Below are positions 17,367 to 26,647 of a stretch of DNA of 44,009 nucleotides, one piece after another (the stretch's first letter is position 1; each line of letters opens with the position of its first letter). A model generated the notes under the pieces. The model searched no databases. It was given only the letters and a program-made list of their open reading frames with translations, and was not told the origin of the DNA. The translations under genes were made by a program, and so were the position numbers. The stretch lies in the sequence record SRR20825010_1978. One strand, written 5' to 3'.

Positions 17367-18761
17367 ATGCCGCTGACCCGCCTCCTCGATTACACCCTCC
17401 CCCTGTGCATGATCGGCACAATCCTGTCTCTGGTGTTCGATCTGGACGCCGGGGCCTGGCTGGCACGAATTGCCTTACTGGTTTATCTGCTGGTGCAATG
17501 GCCCCGGCAAGCCCCCATGGCCAAAGGCATTCTGCTGGTAGTGATCGCCATGGCCGGCGTTGTTATCTGCCGTGAAGCCCAGCCTGTTCCGGTTTTACTG
17601 CAGGCCCTGGACCGCCTCTGTTTTTTCGCCACTTTCGTTTCATCACTGGGCCTGCTGCGCGTCTCCGCCATGCGCTCGCGATTGGTCCGCGATGCGGGGC
17701 AAACCCTGATTCGCCAAAAACCTGCGCTGCGCTACCCCACCCTGTCTCTGGGGACCGCACTGTTCGGCATTATCATCAACATCGGAGTACTAAACCTGTT
17801 CGGCGCCATGGTGATGCGCAGCAATACGCTCAAGGCGGCAGGCGGACACGATGATATTCAACAGGCCCGCGAGCGGCGGATGATGTTGTCGATTTTGCGC
17901 GGCTTTGCCCTGGCCCCCCTGGTATCGCCACTGGGAGTAACCATGGCGGTAATTCTGGCGAATATGCCCAGCCTCACCTGGGCCAGCCTGGCCCCGGTGG
18001 CGCTGCCCACCGCCGGGCTCTTTTTTCTGCTCGGCTGGTGGCTGGACTGGCAACTGCGCCCCAAGCAACTGGCTGACCGTGTACCTGAAACACAGCCGCC
18101 CTCATTGTCGCCACTTATTCGCTTCACCCTGCTCGCCGTACTGATCACCCTGAGCGTCTTTGCCGTTGCCCTGGCGGGGAATTTGCGTTTACCCGTGGCC
18201 GTCCTGATTGCCTGCCCGCTTGCTGCCATCCTGTGGATGGCAAAACAGAGACGGCGACTTGGGGGCGGCACCGGGCTGCGCCGCTCTCTGACCTTGCTTG
18301 CCCGTCATTCGCGCTTGATCTTCGGAGCCAATCGAGGGGAAATTGCCGTGCTGGGTGGGTCCGCCTGCCTGGGCGCACTGATCACTCCCCTGGTAGATCA
18401 ACACGCCTTGCACGATCTGCTACTGGCCACCCATCTGCAAGGCGCCGCCATGGCCGTGGCGGCCATGTTGCTGGTGGTCGGGTTAGCGCAAGTGGGGCTG
18501 AACCCAATCGTGTCTGTCACCCTGCTCGCCTCCTTGCTGGGTGACGGCGTCGGGGTGGACCCGAGAGTCCTGGCGGTCGGGTTGATGTGTGCCTGGAGTC
18601 TGTCGATGATTTCCTCCCCCTTCACCGCCTCCATGCTGGTACTCAGCCAACTGATTCATCGCTCCCCCTACCGGATCGCCTGGCACTGGAACGGGCTGTT
18701 CTTTGTGTTGGTGGTGCCAATGCTGGCGTTGTGGATTGGGGTAATGACGCAATGGTTGTGA
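17367..18761 (+). CDS. polytopic membrane protein, probable carboxylate transporter (IT/DctM-like)
   Basis: About 12 hydrophobic segments, in a CoA-catabolic gene context. The family assignment is tentative. Confidence 0.65.
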   Translation: MPLTRLLDYTLPLCMIGTILSLVFDLDAGAWLARIALLVYLLVQWPRQAPMAKGILLVVIAMAGVVICREAQPVPVLLQALDRLCFFATFVSSLGLLRVSAMRSRLVRDAGQTLIRQKPALRYPTLSLGTALFGIIINIGVLNLFGAMVMRSNTLKAAGGHDDIQQARERRMMLSILRGFALAPLVSPLGVTMAVILANMPSLTWASLAPVALPTAGLFFLLGWWLDWQLRPKQLADRVPETQPPSLSPLIRFTLLAVLITLSVFAVALAGNLRLPVAVLIACPLAAILWMAKQRRRLGGGTGLRRSLTLLARHSRLIFGANRGEIAVLGGSACLGALITPLVDQHALHDLLLATHLQGAAMAVAAMLLVVGLAQVGLNPIVSVTLLASLLGDGVGVDPRVLAVGLMCAWSLSMISSPFTASMLVLSQLIHRSPYRIAWHWNGLFFVLVVPMLALWIGVMTQWL

Positions 18762-18765
18762 GAGC

Positions 18766-18928
18766 AGTTGAAAGTTCAAAGTGTAGAGTTGAAAAGCGCG
18801 CGCGAGCCTGTCGTGAACAGTTAAGCCGTGCCCGCGTTGCGCACTTTGTGGAAACGCGGAGGAAAGCACTTATCGGATGGCTTTGCCCATTTTCGCGCTT
18901 TTTGACTTTACACTTTGAACTTTCAACT
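18766..18928. repeat. heptamer-arm inverted-repeat element A4 (163 bp)
   Basis: Left arm AGTTGAA AGTTCAA AGTGTAG AGTTGAA AAGCGCG; right arm CGCGCTT TTTGACT TTACACT TTGAACT TTCAACT. The arms match at 32/35 positions. Confidence 0.92.
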
Positions 18929-18938
18929 CACCCTCAGA

Positions 18939-19967
18939 TCAGGCCGCAAAGAGCCAGATCCCATCGCGGTCTTCTCGCTGCACCCTGCCCTGCTCCAGCA
19001 GGCAGTTAAGGTGAGCAATACTCTCGCCCATGGCAAACATCATTTGCTGCACATCCAGTTGCCGCTTGAACATCACCGGCAATACATCGTGGGCATTATG
19101 AGGCTGCTCACAGCAGGCAGCATGCACCTGATCCAGCTGCTCGGCGTGGTGATCCACCAGCGTATTGATCCGCGTATGCAGCCCCCGAAAAGGCAAACCG
19201 TGGGCGGGCAGCACCAGCGTGTCTTCCGGCAATGCATCGCGGATTACTGTCAGGCTTTCCACAAACGCTGTCACTGGATTGGCGTTCGGCTCCGTGGGGC
19301 GCACCATCAAGTTACTGGAAATGGTCGGCAGCACCTGGTCCCCACTGAGCAACACCCGGTCGGCGCTGCGGTACAGACACAAATGCTCCGGTGCATGGCC
19401 GCGGCCGATATACACCTGCCAACGCTCCCCATTGATGGTCAACGTGTCGCCCTCGGCCACAAATTCCGGACTCTCAGGCAAAGGCATCACCACCCGGCGA
19501 AAGCCGTTGCCTTTACCCGCCACTTTATCCAGGTCTTCGCCTTGCAGGCCGTGGCTGCCCAGAAACCCCCTGAACCGCTCAATGGTCTGGGCGTCCGTTG
19601 CGTGGCAAATGCTGGTGGCCAGTTGCCACTCGCCCCGGCTCATGATCACCGGCGCCTCGCATTGCTGCTGCAGCCAGCCCGCCATGCCCAGATGATCCGG
19701 GTGATAATGGGTAACGATCACCCGAGTGACCGGTTTTCCGTCGAGCTGCTCTGCCAGCAGCTGCTGCCAGATTTCCCGGCTGCGCCTAACACCAAGGCCG
19801 GTATCCACAACCACCCAACCCTGGTTATCTTCCAGCAACCAGAGGTTGATATGGTCGAGCGCAAACGGCAGCGGAAAACGCAGCCAGAAAACGCCGTCGG
19901 CCACCTTGAAACGCTGAGCTGCCGGTGGCAGATCAGTAAACGGGTAGATTAATGGGGACGTCGTCAT
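18939..19967 (-). CDS. MBL-fold metallo-hydrolase
   Basis: THYHPDHLG (HxHxDH), GHAPEH, SGDQ and PAHG motifs. Confidence 0.9.
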   Translation of the reverse strand: MTTSPLIYPFTDLPPAAQRFKVADGVFWLRFPLPFALDHINLWLLEDNQGWVVVDTGLGVRRSREIWQQLLAEQLDGKPVTRVIVTHYHPDHLGMAGWLQQQCEAPVIMSRGEWQLATSICHATDAQTIERFRGFLGSHGLQGEDLDKVAGKGNGFRRVVMPLPESPEFVAEGDTLTINGERWQVYIGRGHAPEHLCLYRSADRVLLSGDQVLPTISSNLMVRPTEPNANPVTAFVESLTVIRDALPEDTLVLPAHGLPFRGLHTRINTLVDHHAEQLDQVHAACCEQPHNAHDVLPVMFKRQLDVQQMMFAMGESIAHLNCLLEQGRVQREDRDGIWLFAA

Positions 19968-20012
19968 AACGTTTTCCTTCTACTGCTAAATACGGCGAAT
20001 AGGAGCACAACC

Positions 20013-20978
20013 ATGCGTGCCTGGTGTATTGAAGATCAGCAACTGCAACTGGACACCCTGCCCGACCCACAACCCGGGCCGGAAGAAATCCGCGTTCAGG
20101 TCAAAGCCATAGGGGTAAACCGGGCAGATTTGCTGCAGGTGCTGGGCCGCTACCCGGCGCCAGCGGGCACCAGCAGCCGCATCCCCGGGCTCGAATATGC
20201 CGGTGTTGTCAGTGCCGTGGGCGAGCGAGTACAGCAACGGAAAGTGGGCGATGCGGTGATGGGGCTGGTGCCCGGCTGCGCCTATGCCGAACAGGTGATC
20301 ACCCATGAACGCGAAGCCCTGACCATGCCTGAAGGCATGGACTTTGCCCGCGCCGCCACGCTGCCGGAAGCGTTTCTGACAGCCTACCGGGCATTGTTTC
20401 TGGAAGGCGACCTGCAACCGGGACAGTGGTGCCTGGTGCGCCCGGCCACCGCCGGGGTCGGTCTCGCCGCTACCCAGCTGGCCCACACCCTTGGCGCCCG
20501 GCCCATCGGCAGCAGCCGGGACTTGAGCAAACTCGACACCGCCAACGATATGGGCCTCGCTGCCCAGGTGAGCGACGACGGCACCCTCTCCACCCAACTC
20601 AACGCCATTACCCATGGCGACGGAGTGGCGGTGATTCTGGATATGGTCGGCCCGGACTGGAACGACCTGCTCGGCGGCCTCCGTGCAGAAGGCAGCCTGG
20701 TGAATATCGGCGTTCTTGGCGGCTTGAGCACCGAGCTGAATCTTGGGGCTCTGCTGATGAAACGCCAGACCCTGAAAAGCATGACCATGCGCAGCCAGCC
20801 GCTGGAAAACCGCATTCGTCTGGCCCAGATTTTCAATGACCGGCTGGCGCCACTGTTTGCCAGCGGCGCACTGCTGCCCCTGCCGCTGGAAACCTTTCCC
20901 TTTAAAGACGCAAACGCTGCCCACCAACACATGGCCAGCAACGACTTCAGTGGCAAGCGCGTGATCCTGGTCGAATAA
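20013..20978 (+). CDS. NAD(P)H-quinone oxidoreductase (MDR/zeta-crystallin, PIG3-like)
   Basis: GVNRADLLQ..G.YP, PGLEYAG and LPEAFLTAY motifs. Confidence 0.85.
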   Translation: MRAWCIEDQQLQLDTLPDPQPGPEEIRVQVKAIGVNRADLLQVLGRYPAPAGTSSRIPGLEYAGVVSAVGERVQQRKVGDAVMGLVPGCAYAEQVITHEREALTMPEGMDFARAATLPEAFLTAYRALFLEGDLQPGQWCLVRPATAGVGLAATQLAHTLGARPIGSSRDLSKLDTANDMGLAAQVSDDGTLSTQLNAITHGDGVAVILDMVGPDWNDLLGGLRAEGSLVNIGVLGGLSTELNLGALLMKRQTLKSMTMRSQPLENRIRLAQIFNDRLAPLFASGALLPLPLETFPFKDANAAHQHMASNDFSGKRVILVE

Positions 20979-21109
20979 CGAAAGCGTTGGACGATGCATG
21001 TCGGCACACAGAGAAGCGGTATTCGGAATACTATTTCATATTGCCTTTCGACATCTCAATGACCAAAACGATCAGCCCGGCTGAATCCGACAAGCGCCCG
21101 CCCTGAGAC

Positions 21110-21143
21110 AAAAAAAAGCGGGTACCCAAGGAGGGTACCCGCT
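21110..21143 (-). terminator. intrinsic terminator of the phasin gene
   Basis: Minus strand AGCGGGTACCC-TCCTT-GGGTACCCGCT followed by a T-run. Confidence 0.88.
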
Positions 21144-21197
21144 GAAAGACACCACTAAGGGGTTAGCGGTGTGCGCTACAACACGGTTTGAATGCCG

Positions 21198-21653
21198 TTA
21201 ACTCTTTTTACGAGTCTGGCGTTTCGGGGCAGGTTTTTCGGACTTTTCTTCGGCACTATCCAATGCCTGAGTCAGTTCCCGCACCCGTTTTTCAAGCTGT
21301 TCGACCTCCCGCTTATTGGGCAGGCCTAAACGGGACAAAGCCTTGTTAAACCGGTCATCAAAGGCTTTTTCCATTTTATCCATGGTTTCGCCGGTATGAT
21401 GACGAACCCGTTCTTTAATCTCTTCCACCCGGGACTCGGTTTTGTCCTTGGTATGCCGCTCTACTTCGCGGCCCGCTTCCACCAGAGCATCAAAAAAACC
21501 GCTGCCCTCTTCTTCGGCGCGAGCAAAGGCGCCCAGACCGGCAAGCCAGATCTGATGGGTGTACTTGCGAATGTCTCGTGAAGCCCCACTCAGGGCTTTC
21601 AGCGGGTTTTGACGCCCGTCTTTTTCGTTCTGGTTCTGTTCTTGATCGGACAT
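21198..21653 (-). CDS. phasin (PhaI/PhaF-like granule-associated protein)
   Basis: QIWLAGLGAFARAEEEGSGFFDALVEAG and FDDRFNKALSRLGLP signatures. Start MSDQEQ after GGAG. Confidence 0.85.
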   Translation of the reverse strand: MSDQEQNQNEKDGRQNPLKALSGASRDIRKYTHQIWLAGLGAFARAEEEGSGFFDALVEAGREVERHTKDKTESRVEEIKERVRHHTGETMDKMEKAFDDRFNKALSRLGLPNKREVEQLEKRVRELTQALDSAEEKSEKPAPKRQTRKKS

Positions 21654-21858
21654 GGTCCAAACTCCCGAAGGCAATTCCACGAGCGAATGCAGCGGGAAAA
21701 CAACACACAAGCATTATCATCAGCGCGCGGAGTGAATTATAGGGGGGTAGTGACGCCTGGTAGCGGCGCATTGTCGAACAATAAAACAGTGTTGGTCAGG
21801 AGATTCCTTCCTGCTACGCCAAGTGCTCAAAATCCAGACAGCCTGCGCTATTCAGGCC

Positions 21859-22179
21859 TTACTCGCCGGTCTCATCCTTGTCGCTGGCGCCTTGCCGGCG
21901 GCCACTGATCAAACCGACACCACGGGCCAGATCCCTGGCCCTGTCACGGATAACGTCCCGCGAGCGGCCGGTCAGCAGATCCAGAAAACGCTGCCGCAAC
22001 CGTTCTTCAAGTTGTGCTGCACCCTCTTCAAGGCGCCGGTCAATCTTGCGTTCAACCCGGGGAACCAACCAGAAATGCCCGATAATACCCAGCAGAATCA
22101 GGGTGAGCAGCGAAGAGCCCGCCGCTGCTGCAAACAACAACCACCCAAGGGTGGCCATGTCTATCTGCAGCACCTGCAT
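21859..22179 (-). CDS. hypothetical membrane-anchored helical protein
   Basis: N-terminal hydrophobic helix followed by charged helices. It abuts the stop of the upstream gene. Confidence 0.7.
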   Translation of the reverse strand: MQVLQIDMATLGWLLFAAAAGSSLLTLILLGIIGHFWLVPRVERKIDRRLEEGAAQLEERLRQRFLDLLTGRSRDVIRDRARDLARGVGLISGRRQGASDKDETGE

Positions 22180-23400
22180 TCAACTGACTCCAAACATAAA
22201 CACCAGCTGGAAAACACCGGCCATGGCCCCCAGGAAGCCACCCACCACAATCAGGATCCATTCGTCTTCCTGAAAGGCCGGGCGCAACAAATCCTGAAAT
22301 TCATCGGAGCTCAGTGCCTGCATGCGTTCGGACATGAGCCGCTCCACAATTTGCCCGCGCTCCTTGTTGAAGCCCTGGTCTTCAAAAGGTTCCACCGCTA
22401 GATCGACCGCCTTTTCTTCCACCGCCTTTTTCAGGTCAGCGTAGCCTTCCGGCCCCACGGTAAGTTGGGCTGCCGTACGCACCACGCCACCGTTCAACAG
22501 CGGTTTCAAATGGCGTTTGATCAGCGCTTTGGTACGGTCACCTCGCGGCCCGTTCACCACCTGATACATAATATTGCGCAGGGTAATAACCTGATCCGTG
22601 GACAGCCGGGCAAAGGATTCCGCCACATCCTTCTGGCGTTTCAGGAATAGCCCCTGAATCCGGAATGGCCCAACCTTGATGGGATTGAGTGGACGAAAAA
22701 TCAGATTCAGTGCCAGCCAGTTGGTAGCAATCCCGACAATGAAACCGAACAGCGGTAACACCCAGTTTTCCGGCATAAAGATAAAGACAGGAACCTGGAT
22801 CAAGCCGAACAGGAAACCAAAATACAAACCGGAGTTGGTCACAAAGCGGAATTCGGGGTCGCCCACTTCGCGAAACATCTGGACCATGAGCTGCTTGTCT
22901 TCGCTCATCTGGGTGACAACCATGTGCTTCATGTCCACCAGGCTATCCAGATTACGGCTGATATCGTCAACCACGTTGTCCATGACGGCCGGAATGGCCC
23001 GGCGGGCACGACTATAGACCCGCTTGCGCACCAACAGCGGCAGGTTTTCCCACAGCACCGCATTGCGCTCGGTCATGACTTCGTCGGTGTATTCTTCGAT
23101 ACGAACCTGAATGGTGCGGGTGAGATGGGCAGAGATTTTTTCCGGTTCCATTTCGCGGAAGAACTCGTCCAGGCTACCCAGCTTCGAGAGCGCCTTGTCT
23201 ACCACGATACCCGCCATCTTTTCGACCTTGGAGGGGATAATGCCCTGCCAGCCGAAAAAAGGTCGGATGCCCAGAAATTCCAGGGGATAGAATGTCATCT
23301 GCACGGCCATCCAGTTGGTTGTCCAACCGACTGCACCAGCGATGAACGGAATACTGACGTACTTCCAGAAATCCGGGTACGCAAGCAAAGATTCCAGCAT
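22180..23400 (-). CDS. DUF445-family membrane protein
   Basis: Repeated G.VGW.TNW.A..M.F.P / GIATNWLAL..IFRP motifs and C-terminal LIVVGGFLGAMAG. Confidence 0.8.
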   Translation of the reverse strand: MLESLLAYPDFWKYVSIPFIAGAVGWTTNWMAVQMTFYPLEFLGIRPFFGWQGIIPSKVEKMAGIVVDKALSKLGSLDEFFREMEPEKISAHLTRTIQVRIEEYTDEVMTERNAVLWENLPLLVRKRVYSRARRAIPAVMDNVVDDISRNLDSLVDMKHMVVTQMSEDKQLMVQMFREVGDPEFRFVTNSGLYFGFLFGLIQVPVFIFMPENWVLPLFGFIVGIATNWLALNLIFRPLNPIKVGPFRIQGLFLKRQKDVAESFARLSTDQVITLRNIMYQVVNGPRGDRTKALIKRHLKPLLNGGVVRTAAQLTVGPEGYADLKKAVEEKAVDLAVEPFEDQGFNKERGQIVERLMSERMQALSSDEFQDLLRPAFQEDEWILIVVGGFLGAMAGVFQLVFMFGVS

Positions 23401-23632
23401 TTAAAAACAACTCCCCTCCAAGGGCTGGTGCACTGTAACGCGACAGTGCCAAGGCGAACAGGTCCCGTGTACACCTATCCAAGTCAAAAAAGCCAATGTT
23501 GTTTAATTATGAAAATGCATAGTATAGGGAGCCGTCATGCCAAATATAAGCGACATCGCGTAATTTTTGGCAACAAAACGGGACCGAAAACATCACCTCG
23601 GCCCAACATAAAGACAGGACCGCGCTGCCACC

Positions 23633-24385
23633 ATGCCTGAAACCGGTAGTTTCCCCCAGCTTATCGTGCTCGGGGGCCTGGAAAGTGCCCTTAACCAGGC
23701 CCTGACAGGGACACAACAAGGGCGAGAACGCCTCGCCGCCCTCCATGGAACCGTGGTGCGCATCCGTGCCGAACGCCCGCGTTCGGTCCTGTATGTGCTG
23801 ATCTATGAAGACGGCGTCGAGCTGCTGACCGACTACGAAGGCAATGTGGACATTCGGGTTCGCGGCCCGCTGGGTGGCATGGTCCACTGGCTGTTTGCCA
23901 GCGAACCGCTGGAAGACCACGAATCATTACGCATCACCGGTAGTGAAGCCCATGTGGCCCAACTGGCCGAGCTGATCAACCAGTTCAGCCTCTGGCCGTT
24001 GATACGTAACTGGCTGGACGACCACGTACGGCTCAAGGAGCTGCTGGCACTGCTGCGCCGGGAAGATCCGGTCTGGCTGGAGCAGCTGGCCACCCTGCCC
24101 CGGCAAGTGGGTCAGCTGGCTGAGCAGATGGCGCAACAACAATTGCTGCAGGAAGACATCCTTGATGAACTACGGCAACTGCGCGGCGAATTTCAGCGAG
24201 CGCGCAAACTGGACCAGTTCTTTACCCTCACCGGCATGCTGCTGATTCTGCTATCACTGATGAAGGCATCCGATCTCTGGGAAACCACCTGGCATGCGCT
24301 GCAACAGGACTTCCTGTCCCTGGCCATGCTCAGCCTGGGCATCGCCTGCCTGGTGATTCGTTTATTGCCAAAACGGCTTCAATAA
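23633..24385 (+). CDS. UbiJ-like SCP2 lipid-binding domain protein with C-terminal TM helices
   Basis: LESALNQAL...RLAALHGTVVRI...LRITG resembles the UbiJ SCP2 domain. A coiled coil and two hydrophobic helices follow. Confidence 0.65.
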   Translation: MPETGSFPQLIVLGGLESALNQALTGTQQGRERLAALHGTVVRIRAERPRSVLYVLIYEDGVELLTDYEGNVDIRVRGPLGGMVHWLFASEPLEDHESLRITGSEAHVAQLAELINQFSLWPLIRNWLDDHVRLKELLALLRREDPVWLEQLATLPRQVGQLAEQMAQQQLLQEDILDELRQLRGEFQRARKLDQFFTLTGMLLILLSLMKASDLWETTWHALQQDFLSLAMLSLGIACLVIRLLPKRLQ

Positions 24386-24448
24386 AAGCCCGACGCTGGA
24401 GGCACCGCACCTGACGCTATAACCCGGACCCGGCAAGCCGGGCCGAAG

Positions 24449-24769
24449 TCAGGGCTTGTCCTTACGCCCGAAGATTTGCCCCAGGCGCTCCCCTACCATC
24501 TCCGCACTGGTGCGCGCCAGGTTGCGGCTAGCGCCTTCCAGTAATTCCTTCGAGGGCAGATTACGCACCCCTTCCACCAAGCCCCGGCGAACCCCTTCTT
24601 CTACCCGGTCCGAAAGCACTTGTGCGGCCTTCTCGACCTGCTCATCCAGCTCCCGCTGCAGGCTGTCACGCAAACGGGGCTGAAAATAGAAATGTGCCCA
24701 CACACCCACAGCCAGCAGGGTGAACAGGGAGCTGAGCAGCGCCGACGCGACAATCCAGGTAACCGACAT
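24449..24769 (-). CDS. hypothetical membrane-anchored helical protein (paralog-like to 21859-22179)
   Basis: N-terminal TM helix, HFY..PRL, then amphipathic helices. Start MSVTW after GAGGGA. Confidence 0.7.
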   Translation of the reverse strand: MSVTWIVASALLSSLFTLLAVGVWAHFYFQPRLRDSLQRELDEQVEKAAQVLSDRVEEGVRRGLVEGVRNLPSKELLEGASRNLARTSAEMVGERLGQIFGRKDKP

Positions 24770-24965
24770 GATTGATCCCTCTGAGTGAAACCCGTTCCGG
24801 GCCACGCATGCTGGCAACTGTTTGCGTAACAGTGACCGACATTGTTGTTAAATAGAGTATGCACCCGATGCCGGACAGCCGTGAACCCGCTAGAGTTATG
24901 TCAGCGGGAATGGAAGCCTACAACATGAGCAGGATGCCATCATAATCTCTGGTCCCGAGGTGCCA

Positions 24966-25724
24966 ATGACTGCCGTGACAAGCCCGCAACGCGCAGAAAG
25001 CCATAGCCAACATGTTTTACAACAGGCGTTATCGTTTTCCCGGCGACACAAACACCCCCTCGCGCTCCTTGCCATCGACCTGCAGGAACTGAAAACACTG
25101 CAGGCTGAAATTGGCGAGCATTACATTGCCCCACTGTTCGCACAATTCTGCCAACAGCTGAATAACCGCAAACGCTGTGAAGATATCCTGATTACCACGC
25201 GCAGCAATCAGGTGGTGTTTCTGGCCCTGCCCGGCACCCATGCAGACGGCGCGGACATCGCCGCCGGCCGACTACTGGACTGGCTTAACCACCACGAATT
25301 CAGGATTGATGAATTTCGCGTCACGCTGAACGTGCGCATTGCCGTTCATGTGCACAGCGGCGCTGACAACGAAGGCACCGGGCGGCTGGTCAACGATACC
25401 CTGAAGCTGTTGCGCCAACCCGCGGAGCGCGGCCAGCGCATCCTCTCCCCCCAGGCGCAGAGGCAACAAAGCCAGCAAGCCCAGGCTCTGGAAGACACAC
25501 AACAGGATGAAGCAAACGCGCCCCAGGAGCTTAGCGATGCGTTACTGGCGCAGGCCCGCAAAGATGGCTTGCTCGACACCCTGACCCCCTTAATCAATGC
25601 ACTGGATGAAAGCGCGCGCCTGGAGTTGGTGGATCACCTGCTCGACGCCTCCACGCGCACCACATCGACAGCCAAACCTTACGGCTTTCGGGCAACCAGT
25701 ACCGCACGGCGAGGCGCCGGATAA
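24966..25724 (+). CDS. degenerate GGDEF-domain protein
   Basis: [15 protein letters not shown]...[14 protein letters not shown] follows the GGDEF fold pattern but lacks GG(D/E)EF. Confidence 0.6.
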   Translation: MTAVTSPQRAESHSQHVLQQALSFSRRHKHPLALLAIDLQELKTLQAEIGEHYIAPLFAQFCQQLNNRKRCEDILITTRSNQVVFLALPGTHADGADIAAGRLLDWLNHHEFRIDEFRVTLNVRIAVHVHSGADNEGTGRLVNDTLKLLRQPAERGQRILSPQAQRQQSQQAQALEDTQQDEANAPQELSDALLAQARKDGLLDTLTPLINALDESARLELVDHLLDASTRTTSTAKPYGFRATSTARRGAG

Positions 25725-26647
25725 CCTTCACGGGTAAGGCGGCGGTCGTCCGGATCCAGAAAATCCGGAAGCGACTGGAAACGCATCCAGTCAGTGGATC
25801 GCTGCTCTTGCACCGTAGTATTGCTTTCATCCACGCATCGCACATCCACAAAGCCACACCGTTCCAGCCAGCGGGTGAGCATGGCCACCGAAGGCAGGAA
25901 AAACACATTGCGCATGACCGCGTAGCGATCTTCCGGCATCAACACGGTGCGCTCGTCTCCCTCCACGACCAGGGTTTCCAGCACCAGCTCGCCGCCGGCG
26001 CACAGCGCACCTTTCAATTCCAGCAGGTGGTCCAGCGGTGAACGCCGGTGGTACAGCACGCCCATGGAAAAAACCGTATCAAACTGCCCCCCTTCCGCGG
26101 GCAGCTCTTCCATGCGCAGGGGCAGGAACCACACGGGCAACTCAGGGGCAAAACGGCGCACTGCCAGGTACTGCACCAGAAACAAAATGGTCGGATCGAT
26201 CCCAACGACCGCACTGGCGCCGGCCGCCGCCATACGCCAGCAGTGGTAACCACTGCCACAACCCACATCAAGAATACGTCGCCCCGCCAAAGGCGACAGA
26301 TGCGGCGCTACCCGTTGCCACTTCCAGTCCGAACGCCACTCCGTTTCCACCGACACGCCGAAAAATTCAAACGGGCCCTTGCGCCAGGGGATCAGCCCCT
26401 GCAACGCCTGTTTCACCGTCTCCGCGTCTTGCTCACCAGCCCCACCAATGGTCAGCGTGTCCTGGTCCAGGGCACACTCGGCGGGCCCCATCGGCAACGC
26501 CTCCAGTGCCGCCAGCCAACGGGGCAAATCCCCATGGGGACGGTCGACCAGACGCTCCCGGGACAGCGTCATAACGGCGCACAAGGGTTGCGGAGCAAAC
26601 AGGGACGCAAGCCCGCGTTCACAGGCCTGAAGGTAATCGGTAAGCAT
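25679..26647 (-). CDS. cmoB: tRNA U34 carboxymethyltransferase
   Basis: [27 protein letters not shown] and [12 protein letters not shown] motifs. Confidence 0.95.
   Translation of the reverse strand: MLTDYLQACERGLASLFAPQPLCAVMTLSRERLVDRPHGDLPRWLAALEALPMGPAECALDQDTLTIGGAGEQDAETVKQALQGLIPWRKGPFEFFGVSVETEWRSDWKWQRVAPHLSPLAGRRILDVGCGSGYHCWRMAAAGASAVVGIDPTILFLVQYLAVRRFAPELPVWFLPLRMEELPAEGGQFDTVFSMGVLYHRRSPLDHLLELKGALCAGGELVLETLVVEGDERTVLMPEDRYAVMRNVFFLPSVAMLTRWLERCGFVDVRCVDESNTTVQEQRSTDWMRFQSLPDFLDPDDRRLTREGYPAPRRAVLVARKP

Noticed and set aside
5712-18928. CRISPR array (32-35-nt variable segments resemble spacer lengths)
   Set aside because: The copies are dispersed and inverted rather than tandem direct repeats, and there are no cas genes. 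The variable segments show patchy mutual similarity (e.g. GCAAAGCCA in A1 and on the reverse strand of A4).
5712-18928. Integron attC sites or a classical MITE
   Set aside because: The ends read GTT...AAC, the reverse of attC (RYYYAAC...GTTRRRY). There is no integrase and no target-site duplication, and the flanked genes are ordinary operon members.
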